Shown: positions 10,295-21,316 of the stretch, one piece after another
Layout of the letters: each line of letters starts with the position of its first letter
How positions within the stretch are numbered: the stretch's first letter is position 1
Assembly: GCF_004010195.1 (NCBI RefSeq)
Contig: NC_057751.1
Span: 699,836 to 736,262, forward strand
Direction: 5' to 3'
DNA from: Chiloscyllium plagiosum
Taxonomy: Eukaryota
DNA: 36,427 bases
Made by a program: the position numbers and the translations under genes
The notes under the pieces: generated by a model
The model's database searches: none
Told to the model about the DNA's origin: nothing
The model's input: only the letters and a program-made list of their open reading frames with translations

Positions 10295-11270
10295 TCCATA
10301 ATGTTATGATCGCTGCTACTTAGGGCCACTATCCACTGTAAGATTCATTCATTATCCTATTTCATTTCACTTTCCCAAGCACAGTGTCACCTGCCTTCTG
10401 ATCAGCTCCATGACATAATGTCCTCAGAAACTATCACAAAAATATTGGATGAACTTCTCACTCAGGCTACCTTCACACACAGGTTTTCTTTTCTAGTCCA
10501 ATCTACATGAAGGATGAAAAGCCCTTGTGATTACTCCCATACTTTTAAAAAAAAACTCCCCATATTCCTTTCTTTATACTCCATTTTATCATGGGGTGAC
10601 CTACAGACCCTGTACACCAACAAGTGACTTCTTACCTTCAAAGTTTTTCACCTATATCCAAACTGTTATCCATTCTCAATGTGCTAATTAACACACCTCG
10701 TCTCCACCTTTTCCAAGCCTCCTGTCCTTCCTTCCCTTCAATGTGCAGGTCCCACTCTATGTCATTCTGTAGCTATGTCTGTGCAATAACTGTTACATTG
10801 GACAAATTTATTTCTATGTGCACAATAGTTTATCTCTTTCTTCCAAATGCCACTTGCATTCAGACACAGTTTTGTTCTTTTTTTTGTAATCTTTAGCCGT
10901 AACTGTTGATTTACTCTTAGATTTGACTCTGTCCTTTCACGACACAATCTGTCATTTCCTATCGTAATAATTTTTTACCTTGTTTTGTCTCTACACTTTA
11001 ATTCATCACATCTACCCAAACTTAATTCTTTGCTGCACTATTTAGTTTAAACGTTTCTCTTATTCCCTATTGTACAGACTGTCAACAGTACAAACATAAC
11101 TCAAGGACAGTTCAGACGGACCCAGCAGGACAGTCCCCCTTTCAGCAAAACTGGTGTCAGTCCCCCATGAACTGGAACCACTTCTGCCAAACCAATCTTT
11201 GAGCAATGGATCAATTTCTTCCATCATATGAGTTATCTGCGAATTACACAGCTGGCTCAAGTCACTTATT
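10295..11270 (-). mobile_element. Ancient CR1 5' region: end of ORF1 (SGNH esterase) and ORF2 APE endonuclease remnants
   Basis: The minus strand gives LLKDWFGRSG then QFMGD.HQ after a frameshift (the esterase C-terminus WLKDWC...GF.F.GHW). The SSDHNI endonuclease end motif is near 10300-10320. Confidence 0.65.
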
Positions 11271-11271
11271 A

Positions 11272-11605
11272 CTGTTCACTCATAGGATGAGGGTGTCACT
11301 GGCTGGGCCAGCATTTATTGCCCATCTTCTAATTGCCTTGAGGACAGTTGACAGTCAACCACATTGTTGTGGGTCTGGAATCATATGTAGGCCAGACCAG
11401 GGAAGGTCATCGGATTTCCTTCCCTAAAGAACATTGGTTAACCACTTGGGTTTTTGCTGACAATTGGCATTGGTCATCATTAGACTCTTAAATCCAGATT
11501 TTTATTCCATTCAAATTCCACCATCTGGCATGGTCGGATTTAAACCCAGGTCTCCAGAACCTGGATTTATGGATTCTTAGTCCTATAATAATAGCCATCA
11601 CTTCC
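11272..11605 (-). mobile_element. tRNA-derived SINE (family with core ...ttagggaaggaaatctgcc...ctggtctggcctacatgtgactccagacccaca)
   Basis: Reverse of the copies at 13518, 15210 and 30266. Tail gggcaataaatgctggcccagccagtgacacc. Confidence 0.75.
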
Positions 11606-11671
11606 CTTTCCATCCTTTTACATCAAACAAATATTATGTTTGTGGTGGTGCTTCTTAATCTCCTTATACTG

Positions 11672-12600
11672 AGTTAAAAATCACACAACACCAGATTATA
11701 GTCCAACAGGTTTATGTGGAAGCACTAGCTTTCAGAGCGCTGCTCCTTCATCAGGTGGTAGTGGAGCAGGACCATAAGACACAGAATTTATGGCAAAGGT
11801 TTACAGTGTCATGCAGCTGAAATAACACATTGAACAACCTAGATTGTTAAGTTTTTCATCTTTTAGAATTGCTTTGCTGGCTTCGGTTCTTTAATATGTA
11901 AATCCCAGAACTTCATTTAAGTCACATTCTCAAGATAACTTCAGGTTTTCAAACAAAATGTGTCATCTCAGCTCAGACAGTGCATAAAAGGTGTGAGGTT
12001 AGAGTCTCTCTGTATCCCAATCTTGAATCAGACTGGTTCTATTTCCAAAATGGAATTTACCAAATATTACATGGATTGAATGCCTGCATTGACTACCTGC
12101 AGATTGTGCATTTTTTGAGCAAAATAGAGATTCACCCCATAGACTTATATGTGCGCGTGCATGCAGAAGAGAGAGAGAGTGAAAGACAGAGTGAGTGTGT
12201 GCGCAAGTGTGAGTACACGTAACAGAGTGTGTGTTTGCATGTGTGAACGCTCGGTAAATTATGGGCGTGATGAGATATAAGCCTGTGAGAGGGTGCGTGC
12301 ATGGGTGCAAGTGTGAGGGCATGTATGTATGTGTATATGAGAGAGAGCTTGTGTATGAGCAAGGGTCTGTGTTAGTGCGTGAGTATGTAAGTGTGTGTGT
12401 GAGGGAAAGTGTATAGTGCAGTATACTGTAGTGTGACATGAACCCAAGGTCCCGGTTGAGGTCATGCCCATGGGTACCGAGCTTAGCTATCAGCCTCTGC
12501 CTGGCCACTTTGTGTTGTTGCCTGTCCCGAAGTCCGCCTTGGAGGATGGTCACCTGAAGGTCCGAGGCTGAATGTCCCGGACCGCCGAAGTGTTTCCCAG
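11672..12600 (-). mobile_element. Penelope-like element 3' end (GIY-YIG C-terminus, CA-rich spacer, pLTR with hammerhead motif)
   Basis: Minus ORF GKHFGGPGHSASDLQVTILQGGLRDRQQHKVARQRLIAKLGTHGHDLNRDLGFMSHY matches the PLE endonuclease tail H F...H...D...(E)..LI..L.T...GLN. TG/CA-rich tract at about 12150-12420. Confidence 0.85.
11723..11757 (-). ncRNA. Minimal type I hammerhead ribozyme motif (PLE pLTR)
   Basis: Minus strand CAC-CTGATGA-AGGAGC-AGC-GCTCT-GAAA-GCTA-GTG: CUGAnGA and GAAA cores, stem II GGAGC/GCTCT, stem I CAC/GTG, palindromic AGCT in place of stem III. Confidence 0.75.
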
Positions 12601-12619
12601 CCTTTCCAAGGAAGGACGG

Positions 12620-13100
12620 ACATGGAATACGATGACTGGATCCTTCCCCTCCCACTGTCTGTTCCTCTACAGTCCTGATCTCTGGAACTGAGCAGGCAAC
12701 AAAAGTGTTTGGAATCTTGCTCTTTGCTGCAGAGAACAGTACCTTCACCCCTCCATACACTGGCCTGGATTTCTACTGTTTTCCTTCTTGCTTCACCCAC
12801 TTAATTGGCCTCATGAACCATGGTCTGTCAATTGATCCATTCATCCTGCAGCCTTCAAGCTCACCCAAGCAAGCTCAAATAACCTGAAACCTGTTGGACA
12901 ATTGCAAAGGATGCAGATCCCACACTTCTGACCCCTCATCTGCCTCCGTTTCAGCCACACTTTTCTGTCACGGATCATAGATTAAATCTGAAGACCCAAT
13001 CCTGAGAGGTTTAACCACCTCCTGATACAAAGAAGCGAGGAAACTTACTCTGTCCCTGACGTATATCAGTGTCATATTTCAGTCTCCAGCTCATAAGCTC
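12620..13100 (-). mobile_element. Ancient CR1 ORF1 (SGNH esterase) remnant, upstream continuation of 10295-11270
   Basis: Minus strand VLCSKEQDSKHFCCLL...WEGKDPVIV corresponds to the CR1 ORF1 motif CCLPGA....EG.DP.V.VHVGTND. LQLSNRF lies near 12890-12920. Confidence 0.65.
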
Positions 13101-13517
13101 TGAGCTGAAGATATCCCAGTCTTATTCTGGTGAATCTGCATTACACCACCTCCAAGGCCAATATATCCTTGTTGATATATTGCTTGCCTAACTCCTGGGA
13201 ATTGGCCATTGACCATTCCAAATTAGGCCTCATCCCTTAGAGCGAGTTGGAGGATACTGCAATTATAGCTGATTTATTGCTCAATATGAGGTTCGAAGCT
13301 CTGAAAGATGAGAATCACTTGGCTTACTAAATACAAATAAGTCATCGGTGAAAGATGAAGATGCATGCTTTCTTAAGCAGGTGAATGAGTTATGAAGGCT
13401 ATTTTTTGCAGGAGGAACTACTAGACTCATCCTTTCCTCATCATTTTACCAACCCATTCAGTGCTTTTAGCTTTCGAACACAGAGGAAAGGCTGGCTAAA
13501 GAAGGAGAGGTGGTAGG

Positions 13518-13858
13518 GTGGTGGCATTATCAATGGACTAGTAATGCAGAGGCCGGAGCTAATAATCAAGGGACATGAGTTCAAATTCCACATGGAAGCT
13601 GGTGGAATTTAAAACTCAATGAATGATTTCTCTTACAGAGGAAATGATGAAATGAAATGAGGAACTTGCCTCCTTTGGGAGAATCAGAGGTTGGAACTGT
13701 GCAAAAGAGTCAAAAGCTAGTTTAATCTCAACCAGTTGACCACTCTCGATGGTCATGAAAACCCATTTGGTCACTAATGTCTTTTAGCGAAGGAGATCTG
13801 ATATTCTTCCCTGGGCTAGCCTCCTGAAGACTTAAGACCTATAACAACATGGGTGACA
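13518..13858 (+). mobile_element. tRNA-derived SINE, same family as 11272-11605
   Basis: ggactagtaatgcagag...gagttcaaattcca (B box)...acccatttggtcactaatgtcttttagcgaaggagatctg. Confidence 0.65.
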
Positions 13859-13911
13859 GCAAATTGCTCTGTTGTGTCAAAACTACAACAAATTTGAAAA
13901 GAAAGCAATGA

Positions 13912-14215
13912 ATAAAAATCATGAGGTGCATGAATAGAGTGAAAGGTCTTTTCCCTGAGGTGAGGGAGTCCAAAACTAGAGGGTAATAGGTTTAATGGAA
14001 GAGGGGAAAGATTGACAGGGACCTGAGGAGCAACATTTTCAAGTAGAGGGTGGTGTGTGCATGGAATGAGCCACCAGAGGAAATTGATATAATTACAAGG
14101 GTTTAGAGGCATATGGGCCAAATGGGACTAGATTAATTTAGGATATCTAGTTGGCATGGTTGAGTTGGATCGAAGGGTCTGTTTCCGTTCCATACATCAA
14201 TGACTCTATTCTATG
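13912..14215 (+). mobile_element. CR1 3' end fragment
   Basis: KIMR...LFP....SKTRG motifs. Ends gaagggtctgtttccg...atgactctattctatg. Confidence 0.85.
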
Positions 14216-14249
14216 TCCATTCAGCATCACCAGAAATTGCAATGGAAAA

Positions 14250-16090
14250 CTCAGCACTTGTCAATCTTGAAGGTCCTCCACATGAACACCCAGGGCTTGT
14301 GCCAATAAGTGGGAGCGCTATCCCAAAGATTAGTCATACTCACTGAAACAAACCTTACAGACAATGGGTCAGTCACTTCCATGAAGACTATTCCATGTTG
14401 AAAACTATTTGGATGCACTGATGGTGGCAAGGTCATAGAATGTATTCTGGTAGTGAGAGCAAGAGTGACTCCTTACCACCAAGCTGTCAAAATCTTAAAG
14501 GTCCTAGCTGCTAGACCAGGTCTGAAAGTATTAGTTGGAGTGACCACCGCAGACCACCGCAGATCACATTAAGGGATACCCTTCATCATGTTGAGTGGCA
14601 TTATCACTGTGCTAAATGGGATAGATTTCAAACAAATCTACCCAACATAAACTGGGTAACCATGAGGCGTTATGGGTCATCAGCAAGCAGAATTATATTC
14701 AACGACAACCTACAACCTCATAGCATCAGCATATCCTCACTTTACTTTCACCACAAAACAATGGGATCAAGCCTGGTCAATGAAGACTGTGGCAGGTGGG
14801 CATGTCAAGGTCAGTCCCATACATACCTAAAGGTTAGCTATCAACCTAGTCATCATGCCGAACAACTGGAATAGCAAATGGTAGACAGAGTTAAGCAATT
14901 CCACAACCAGGTCAGATGTAAATTTTACTGTCCTGCCTCATCCAACTGTGAATGATGGTGAGCAATTAAACAATTGATAGGAAGTGAAAACATCACAATA
15001 TCGCCATTCTCAGCACATCAGTGAAAAAGATAAGTCTGAACTATTTGCATTAATCTTCAGTCAGAAGTCCTGAGTGGATGATCCACGTTGACCTCCTCCA
15101 GAGCTCCCCAGCATCACCGTGGCCAGCTTTCAATCAAAGTGATTCATTTTATGTGATAGCCAGAAGTAGTTGAAGACATTGGATACTGAAAAGGCAATGG
15201 GTTGTTACAATGTAGTGTCACTTGATTAGGAAGGTAGAATACCAGGATAATCTCCTGGAGACATAGGCTCAAATCTAACCATGTCTAATGGTGAAGCAAT
15301 AAGAATAACAAAAAAAGCTAAAATAAGAAACCACAAAAATGTTGCTTAAAAATAAGCCTAATGGCAACCATGCAACCATCTGGTTCACATCCTTTAAGGA
15401 AGGAAATCTGCCATCACTGCAACATAATTAACTCTTAGCTGCCCTCAGGGTGATTGGGACTTTACAATTTATGCTGGCCTAACCTGCAACGCCTACATCC
15501 GATGAACTATTAAAAAACAACTACCTGTAATGGTCCGGAGATATGCGACATACTGAGCAGAATCTATGTAGCAACTGACCACATGTAGTTTTAGGGAGCC
15601 TGAGCAAAATTGGATTTGGTGGACTGAGGGGAGGAGTTTTTCACTGGTTGCAGTCATACCTGGAATATAGTGAGATGGCTGTGGTTGATGGAGGTCAGTT
15701 ATCTCAGCTCCAGGACATCGCTGCAAGAGTTTCTCTGGGGAATGACCTCAGTCCAACCATCTTCAGCTGTTTCATCAGTGACTTTGATGTAGTGATTGTA
15801 AAAAGGTCAGCCACGTAGACCTCATAGAATATGAGCTCCCTGTTTGGGGATGTTAACCTGATCCAATTAGGGAGCCTTGGCTGTCATTTAAGAACAGGAG
15901 TGTTAGGCATCCTGTTCACTTTGAGGGCTGGCTCTGAGGGAGTCGGATCAGTGTCGAGAACTGTCCACGTGTAAATAAAGAGTGACTTGATGATGAGATA
16001 CTGGCTTCTGTGGAGTTATTTCACTGCCCTCTATCAAAAGGTCAGGAGAGGGGGTTTTACCACTTAAGATTACACAAATTTCAGCACCAG
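14250..16090 (+). mobile_element. Decayed CR1/L2-group LINE ORF2 (APE to RT), interrupted by a SINE (15210-15512) and an LTR-like repeat (15788-16023)
   Basis: APE N-terminus (HMNTQGLVP...VILTET). RT motif region SQLQDIAARVSLG...PTIFSCFISD, resuming as LPSIKRS after the LTR-like insert. Confidence 0.65.
15788..16023 (+). mobile_element. Solo-LTR-like repeat (236 bp)
   Basis: TG...CA termini, internal ccaat and aataaa. Interrupts a LINE RT motif. A related copy is at about 31550-32082. No clear TSD. Confidence 0.55.
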
Positions 16091-16329
16091 ATTATTCTCA
16101 ATCTTCTCTTATCCAAAGAAAACAGCCCTGGCACATCCAAGATTGATTTATTTGTTGTAAAATTGTACAACTGGCAATGATTTTGGAAGCAGAATTGTTT
16201 GAAAAGGCATAGAAACTCAGGAACTGTGGGATACAAGTGAGTCTTCATCCAGAGAAGAGTAAACTCGAAAGCAGTTAAAGCTAAAACATTGATTTTCTTT
16301 CAAGCAGGAGCATAGATATAGTTTTTGGG

Positions 16330-16462
16330 GCTAAAGGGATCGAAGGGTATGGGGGAGAAAGCAGGAACCAAGTTTCTGGTTGGATGATCAGTCATGATCA
16401 TATTGATTGGTGGAGCACGCTCAAAGGGCTGAATGGTCTCCTCCTGGTCCTGTTTTCTATGT
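16330..16462 (+). mobile_element. CR1 3' UTR fragment
   Basis: gggatcgaagggtatggggg...aagggctgaatggtctcctcctggtcctgttttctatg, the same 3' type as 2590-2715. Confidence 0.75.
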
Positions 16463-16489
16463 CACCATCACTGGCAGGAGAATGAGACC

Positions 16490-18610
16490 CAAAAAATAGG
16501 AATGTGGCAGGCTGTTTGGCCCCTCATGTCTGCTTCGCTATTCATTGCATCATGGCTAATCTGACACTCCTCACATCCACTTTCCTGCATTTTCCTCAGC
16601 AACTTTGATTCTCCCACTGATCAAGAATTTATCCACCTCAGCCTTAAATGTACAGAAAGACACCCAGGTGGATAGTGCTGTTAAGAAGGCATACGGTGTG
16701 TTAGGTTTCATTCGTAGAGGGATTGAGTTCCGTAGCCGCAATGTCATACTGCAACTATAAAAAATGCTGGTGCGGCCACACTTGGAATATTGTGCACAGT
16801 TCTGGTCCCCATATTTCGAGAAGGATGTGGAAGCATTGGAAAAGGAGCAGAGGAGATTTACCAGGACATTGCCTGGTCTGGAGGAAGGTCTTATGAGGAA
16901 AGGCTGAGAGACTTGGGTCTGTTCTCATTGGAAAGAAGAAGGCTAAGGGGGGATTTGATACAGACATACAAGATGATCAAAGGATTAGATAGGGAGGACA
17001 GTGAAAGTCTTTTTCCGAGAATGATGACGTCAGCTTGTACAAGGGGGCATAACTACAAATTATAGATTTAAGACAGATGTCAGAGGCAGGTTCTTTACGC
17101 AGAGAGTGGTAAGGGCATGGAATGCCCTACTTGCTAATGTAGTCAACTCACATTAGGGAGAATTAAACAATCCTTGGCTAAGCACATGGATAATTTTGGG
17201 GGACAAGCTGAGAATAGTTCGCTGGTCAGTGTCACATTGAGGGCCGAAGGGCCTGTTCTGCGCTGTATTGTTCTATGTTCTATTAGTCTCCCCCACAGCT
17301 CTCTGTTACAAGGAGTTTCAAAGACTCATAACTCACTGAGAGAAGAAATGCCTCCTCACCTCAGTTTTCAATTGGTGCCCCTTTATTCTGAGAGTGTGTC
17401 CTCTGGTCTGATACTCTCCCATGAGGGGGGACATCCTCTCAACAAGCCGCTGAAGAATTCTACGTGTTTCAATTAGATCGTCTCTCACTCTTCTACACTC
17501 CAATGAGTCGGGTCCCAACCTGTTTCACCTTTGCTGATAACATCATCCCTCCATACCAGGGATTAGCTTTGTGAATCTTCTCTGGACCTCCCCCATTGAA
17601 ATGATATCTTTCCTTAAACAAGGGGTCAAAACAGCTCACAGCAGTCCAAATGTGGTCTCCCCAGTACCTTACAAGGTTGCAGTTAGACTTCCCGACTCTC
17701 ATACTCCACCCTCCGTGTTCTATGTTCTCTGGAGTGCTTGTGAGTAAATTATTAAAGAGAATTATCATGAAAGGGCCAATATTCCATGAGCTTTCCCAAT
17801 TACCTGCTGCAATGTTGTCCAGCCTGTGGATACATCCCCACAAGTCCCTTAAGTTGTAGCTTTCTACAGCTTTTCTCCATCTCAATAATACTGTTCTCCC
17901 TTCCAAAATGAAGAACTTCCATGCTATACTCCATTTGCCAACTTTTTGTCCACTTACTTAATCTATCAATCTCTCTCTGTGAACTGTTTGACTCCTTCTC
18001 GCAACCTGCCTTTCCATGTATTCTTGTGTCATCTGAAAATTTGGCTGCAGTACGTTCGCTTCCTTCCTCCAAACAATATATACTGTAAATAGTTGTGGTT
18101 CCAACACTGATCCCTGTGGAACCCTAATGGTCACAGGTCACCAACCTGAAAAAGAAAACCTTTATCCCCACTCGCTGTTTACTGCCCATGAGCTAATTCT
18201 CTGTCCATGCCAATATACTTCCTCTAACACTGTGAGCTCTTACCATGACTTAACCTTTTGTGAGGTACTCTGTCGAACTCCTTCTGGAAGTCCATTTACA
18301 ACATATCGATTGGATCGCCCCTGTTTAGTCTTGTTCAGACTTGCTTGAAAAACTCTAAAGTTTAGTCAGATATGATTTCCCTTTTCATGAAGCCATGCTG
18401 ACTGCTTGATTAGATGTGATTTTCCAAATGTGCTGCTACGACTTCCTTAATAATTGATTCTAACATTTTTCCAACAATAGATGTTAGGCTAATCAGCTGA
18501 TAGTTCTTCTTATGCCTGCCTTCCTTTTTGAACAGGAGCGTCACACTGGCAGTATTTCAGTCTTCCGGTACTTCGCCACAATCCAATAATTTAGAAACGT
18601 ACAACTAATG
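16490..18610 (-). mobile_element. Older CR1 LINE (RT to 3' end) interrupted by a younger + strand CR1 at 16660-17283
   Basis: Minus ORFs AKFSDDTRI...QREIDRLSKW..SWQMEY and RDDLIET.RIL...TRGHTLRIKG...FFSQ. Reversed 3' UTR at 16490-16660. Confidence 0.85.
16660..17283 (+). mobile_element. Younger CR1 LINE 3' portion
   Basis: [34 protein letters not shown]...TRGHNYKL. Ends gggccgaagggcctgttctgcgctgtattgttctatgttctat. Confidence 0.93.
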
Positions 18611-18989
18611 CAACCAGTGCTACAGCATTGTGACACATTTATTTGAAAAATTATGATAAGCAAAATGGACTGCAGCACAATAACACAAAGTGCAGCCAGG
18701 TAACTGTATAATAGTTTTCAGGAAGGACCTGTGTTCCAAAGACTTATTTTGCAACCTCAGTATTTCCCAAAGACGAAGTTCAAGAAACAAGGATGCTTCT
18801 TGTTGGTTCCAAAAAGAATATTGTCTCGTTCCCCTCCTTAGCAATAGGATCTTTTTGATCTACAGGGAAAGAGATGGCAGTGATTCAATGAGTAATTTAA
18901 AAGAAAGCACCTCTGGCATGTTCAGGAATGGTCATTAATGTATCATTGGATGGAAGAGGAATGGTGGCAGATCTTGCAGAGATTAATTT

Positions 18990-19280
18990 TATTTATTCAT
19001 GGGATGTGGGCATTGCTGGCTGGACTAACATTTCTTTCCCATCCCTAGTTACCCAGAGGGCAGTAAACAGTGTACCACATTGCTTTGGTCTGGAGATATG
19101 TGTAGGCAGACTGGATAAAGAAGGCAGATTTTCTTCCTTAAAGGACATTAGTGAACCGATAGGTGTTTGCAACAATGGTTACATGGTCACTGTTTTTATT
19201 GCAGCTTTTTACTGAATTCAGTTAGCGCCATCTGCCCTGGTGGGATTCAAAGCAAGGTTCTTAGGATATTACTACGCTAC
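18990..19280 (-). mobile_element. tRNA-derived SINE, same family as 11272-11605
   Basis: tttattcatgggatgtgggcattgctggctgg (reversed tail) and ggcagattttcttccttaaaggacattagtgaacc (reversed core). Confidence 0.75.
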
Positions 19281-19394
19281 CAACTGCATGCTTGCTTGCT
19301 GGCTGGAACATAGCAGGGTGGCCATTCAACTGTGGCTGACTAGGAACCACGCTTGCTTTGAATTCAAAGATCTTGTATTCAACAGCTATCGAGG

Positions 19395-19545
19395 GTGCAG
19401 GTTTGGTGGATTCATCATAGTAAATATGAGATTATGGAGATAGGGTCGGGGCTGGGTCTGGGTTGGATGCTTTTTAGAGGGTTGGTACAGACTTGATGGG
19501 CCAAATAGACTCTTTCTGCACTGTAGGGATTCTATGATTCTAATA
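19395..19545 (+). mobile_element. 3' half of an HE1-type SINE
   Basis: gggtctgggttggatgct...gacttgatgggccaaatagactctttctgcactgtagggattctatgattct. Confidence 0.75.
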
Positions 19546-19707
19546 TTGTGCTGTTCAAGATGCTGTCTGGCTGGTCCCATACGTCCCTTTATGGGCAAAA
19601 GACCCCAAAACACTCAGAGCATTACTTCTAAGAAAAGCAGAAGAATTATCCGCAGCGTCCTGGTCAATATATTATTGTGGTGCAGTTCGCCGAGCTGGGA
19701 ATTTGTG

Positions 19708-19750
19708 TTGCAGACGTTTCGTCCCCTGTCTAGGTGACATCCTCAGTGCT
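19708..19750 (-). ncRNA. Minimal hammerhead ribozyme motif (left PLE arm)
   Basis: Minus strand GCA-CTGAGGA-TGTCACCTAGACAGGGGAC-GAAA-CGTC-TGC: intact cores, GUC cleavage triplet, stem I GCA/TGC, palindromic ACGT in place of stem III. Confidence 0.75.
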
Positions 19751-20243
19751 TGGGAGCCTCCTGTGAAGCGCTTCTGTGATGTTTCCTCCGGCATTTATAG
19801 TGATTTGTACCTGCCGCTTCCGGTTGTCAGTTCCAGCTGTCCGCTGCAGTGGTCGGTATATTGGGTCCAGGTCGATGTGCTTAGAGGAAGCAAGGATCGA
19901 GCACAGCTTTAAAGGATTACAGGCTTGCTAGGAAGGAGCTCAGAAATGGACTGAGGAGAGCCAGGAGGGGGCACGAAAAAGGCTTGGCAGGAAGGATTAG
20001 GGAGAATCCTGCAGAGTGTGAAAATAGATACGTCCTCTGGGCCCGATGGGATTTATGAGAACAGCCAGGGAATTCCTAGAGGCATGGCACTCATCCACAG
20101 ATTCAATCAATAAGCACATCGACCTGGACCCAATATACCGACCACTGCAACGGACAGCTGGAACTGACAACCGGAAGCGGCAGATACAAATCACTATAAA
20201 TGCTGGAGGAAACATCACAGAAGCACTTCACAGGAACCTCCCA

Positions 20244-20285
20244 AGCACTGAGGATGTCACCTAGACAGGGGGCGAAACGTCTGCA
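20244..20285 (+). ncRNA. Minimal hammerhead ribozyme motif (right PLE arm)
   Basis: GCA-CTGAGGA-TGTCACCTAGACAGGGGGC-GAAA-CGTC-TGC. One stem II change relative to the left copy leaves a G-U pair. Confidence 0.72.
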
Positions 20286-21316
20286 ACACAAATTCCCAGC
20301 TCGGCGAACAGAACCACAACAACGAGCACCCGAGCAACAAATCATCGCACAAACTTTGATCAATATATTATCTCTCAACCAATATCACTGAGCAAACTGT
20401 TGATCTAGCCAACATCCACTGTTTCGAAAGCTTTACTGTGATCTTTTTGGCTCCCCTATTTCCGGCGCCACAACACTTCAAAAGAACCTCACTGGTGGTG
20501 AAATACTTGGCGGCAAGCTGAGATTGCAAAAGGCTCTTTGTAAATGTAACTATTCGTTTGTGTGGAACAGGGTGGGAAAGAGCAGATGTGTCTCAGTTTC
20601 CATCTCAATAAATCACATGAGGAGTCCACAGTGCAGCCTTCCAAAAAAGTAGACAGGAGACAGAGCAAATCGCATTTCGTAACCAATTGCTGCCTTAAAC
20701 ATGTAACATTATTGCTTGTGGTATTTCATTTACTTGGATTGACACTTTGATAAATATCTCTATAGTTGATACAATAACTTGCTCCAGGGGTCATTATTAT
20801 TAAGATCTGTCACCAAGAAGCATCTGAGCGATGACTCAGTAAAAAGATTAGGAGTACAAAATAAATCATCCAATGGCACTGATTGCCTTCTAAGGTTTGC
20901 AGCCCAGAAACCCCTCGAAGCGCTTTCAAACATTTCTCTGTGGCGTTATTTTTCACACTGAATAAATTTGTGGCTGTAGATAATCGAGCATATAAAAGGA
21001 AGCGGTGGGGGGGGGGGGGGGGTAGGTGTGGTAGATGGGGGATAAAGGCATCGTGTTTTTCAACTAGTTCAAGCCCTGGGGCGAACTGACTGCCAAGGTC
21101 CAGTGTTAGAATTGGACTTCACAGCAAGAGCTGTGTTTCTGTCCCGCTGGCACAAACCCTTGATGTACAATCAGAGAAAGGCGAAGGGGGAGATGGAGCA
21201 CAACGTCTCTGCTTGCTGAGGAGGGAGCACGTACAGACATCAAACCAGACCAATGACTTGAGATGTATGAGACTGGATGGGTGAACCAGAGTCTTGAGGG
21301 TGCAGGAGGTTTTAAA

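Larger units (their letters stand above)
19676..20359. mobile_element. Composite Penelope-like insertion: inverted pLTR arm, captured CR1 fragments, PLE 3' end, flanked by a TSD
   Basis: Arms 19675-19883 and 20111-20319 are inverted copies. The + ORF RTAREFLEAWHSSTDSINKHIDLDPIYRPL is a PLE GIY-YIG C-terminus. TSD tcaatatattat at 19664-19675 and 20360-20371. Confidence 0.9.
19548..20552 (+). mobile_element. Deu-domain SINE (SacSINE1/AmnSINE-like) split by a PLE composite insertion
   Basis: aagaaaagcagaagaattatccgcagcgtcctggtcaatatattat | ctctcaaccaatatcact...cacttcaaaagaacctcactgg...aaaaggctctttgtaaatgtaa, colinear with the reversed copy at 21650-21955. Confidence 0.7.

Noticed and set aside
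11078..11232. Apparent + strand exon after the strong acceptor tttctcttattccctattgtacAG, and minus ORF MEEIDPLLKDWFGRSG
   Set aside because: The minus strand matches the decayed C-terminus of the CR1 ORF1 esterase and is colinear with flanking CR1 remnants. The acceptor is most likely incidental, although exonisation cannot be excluded.
11999..12760. Longest ORF in the track (253 aa, minus)
   Set aside because: A chance fusion of a CR1 ORF1 remnant, a PLE GIY-YIG tail and a CA-rich tract (H/T-rich translation). Not a host gene.
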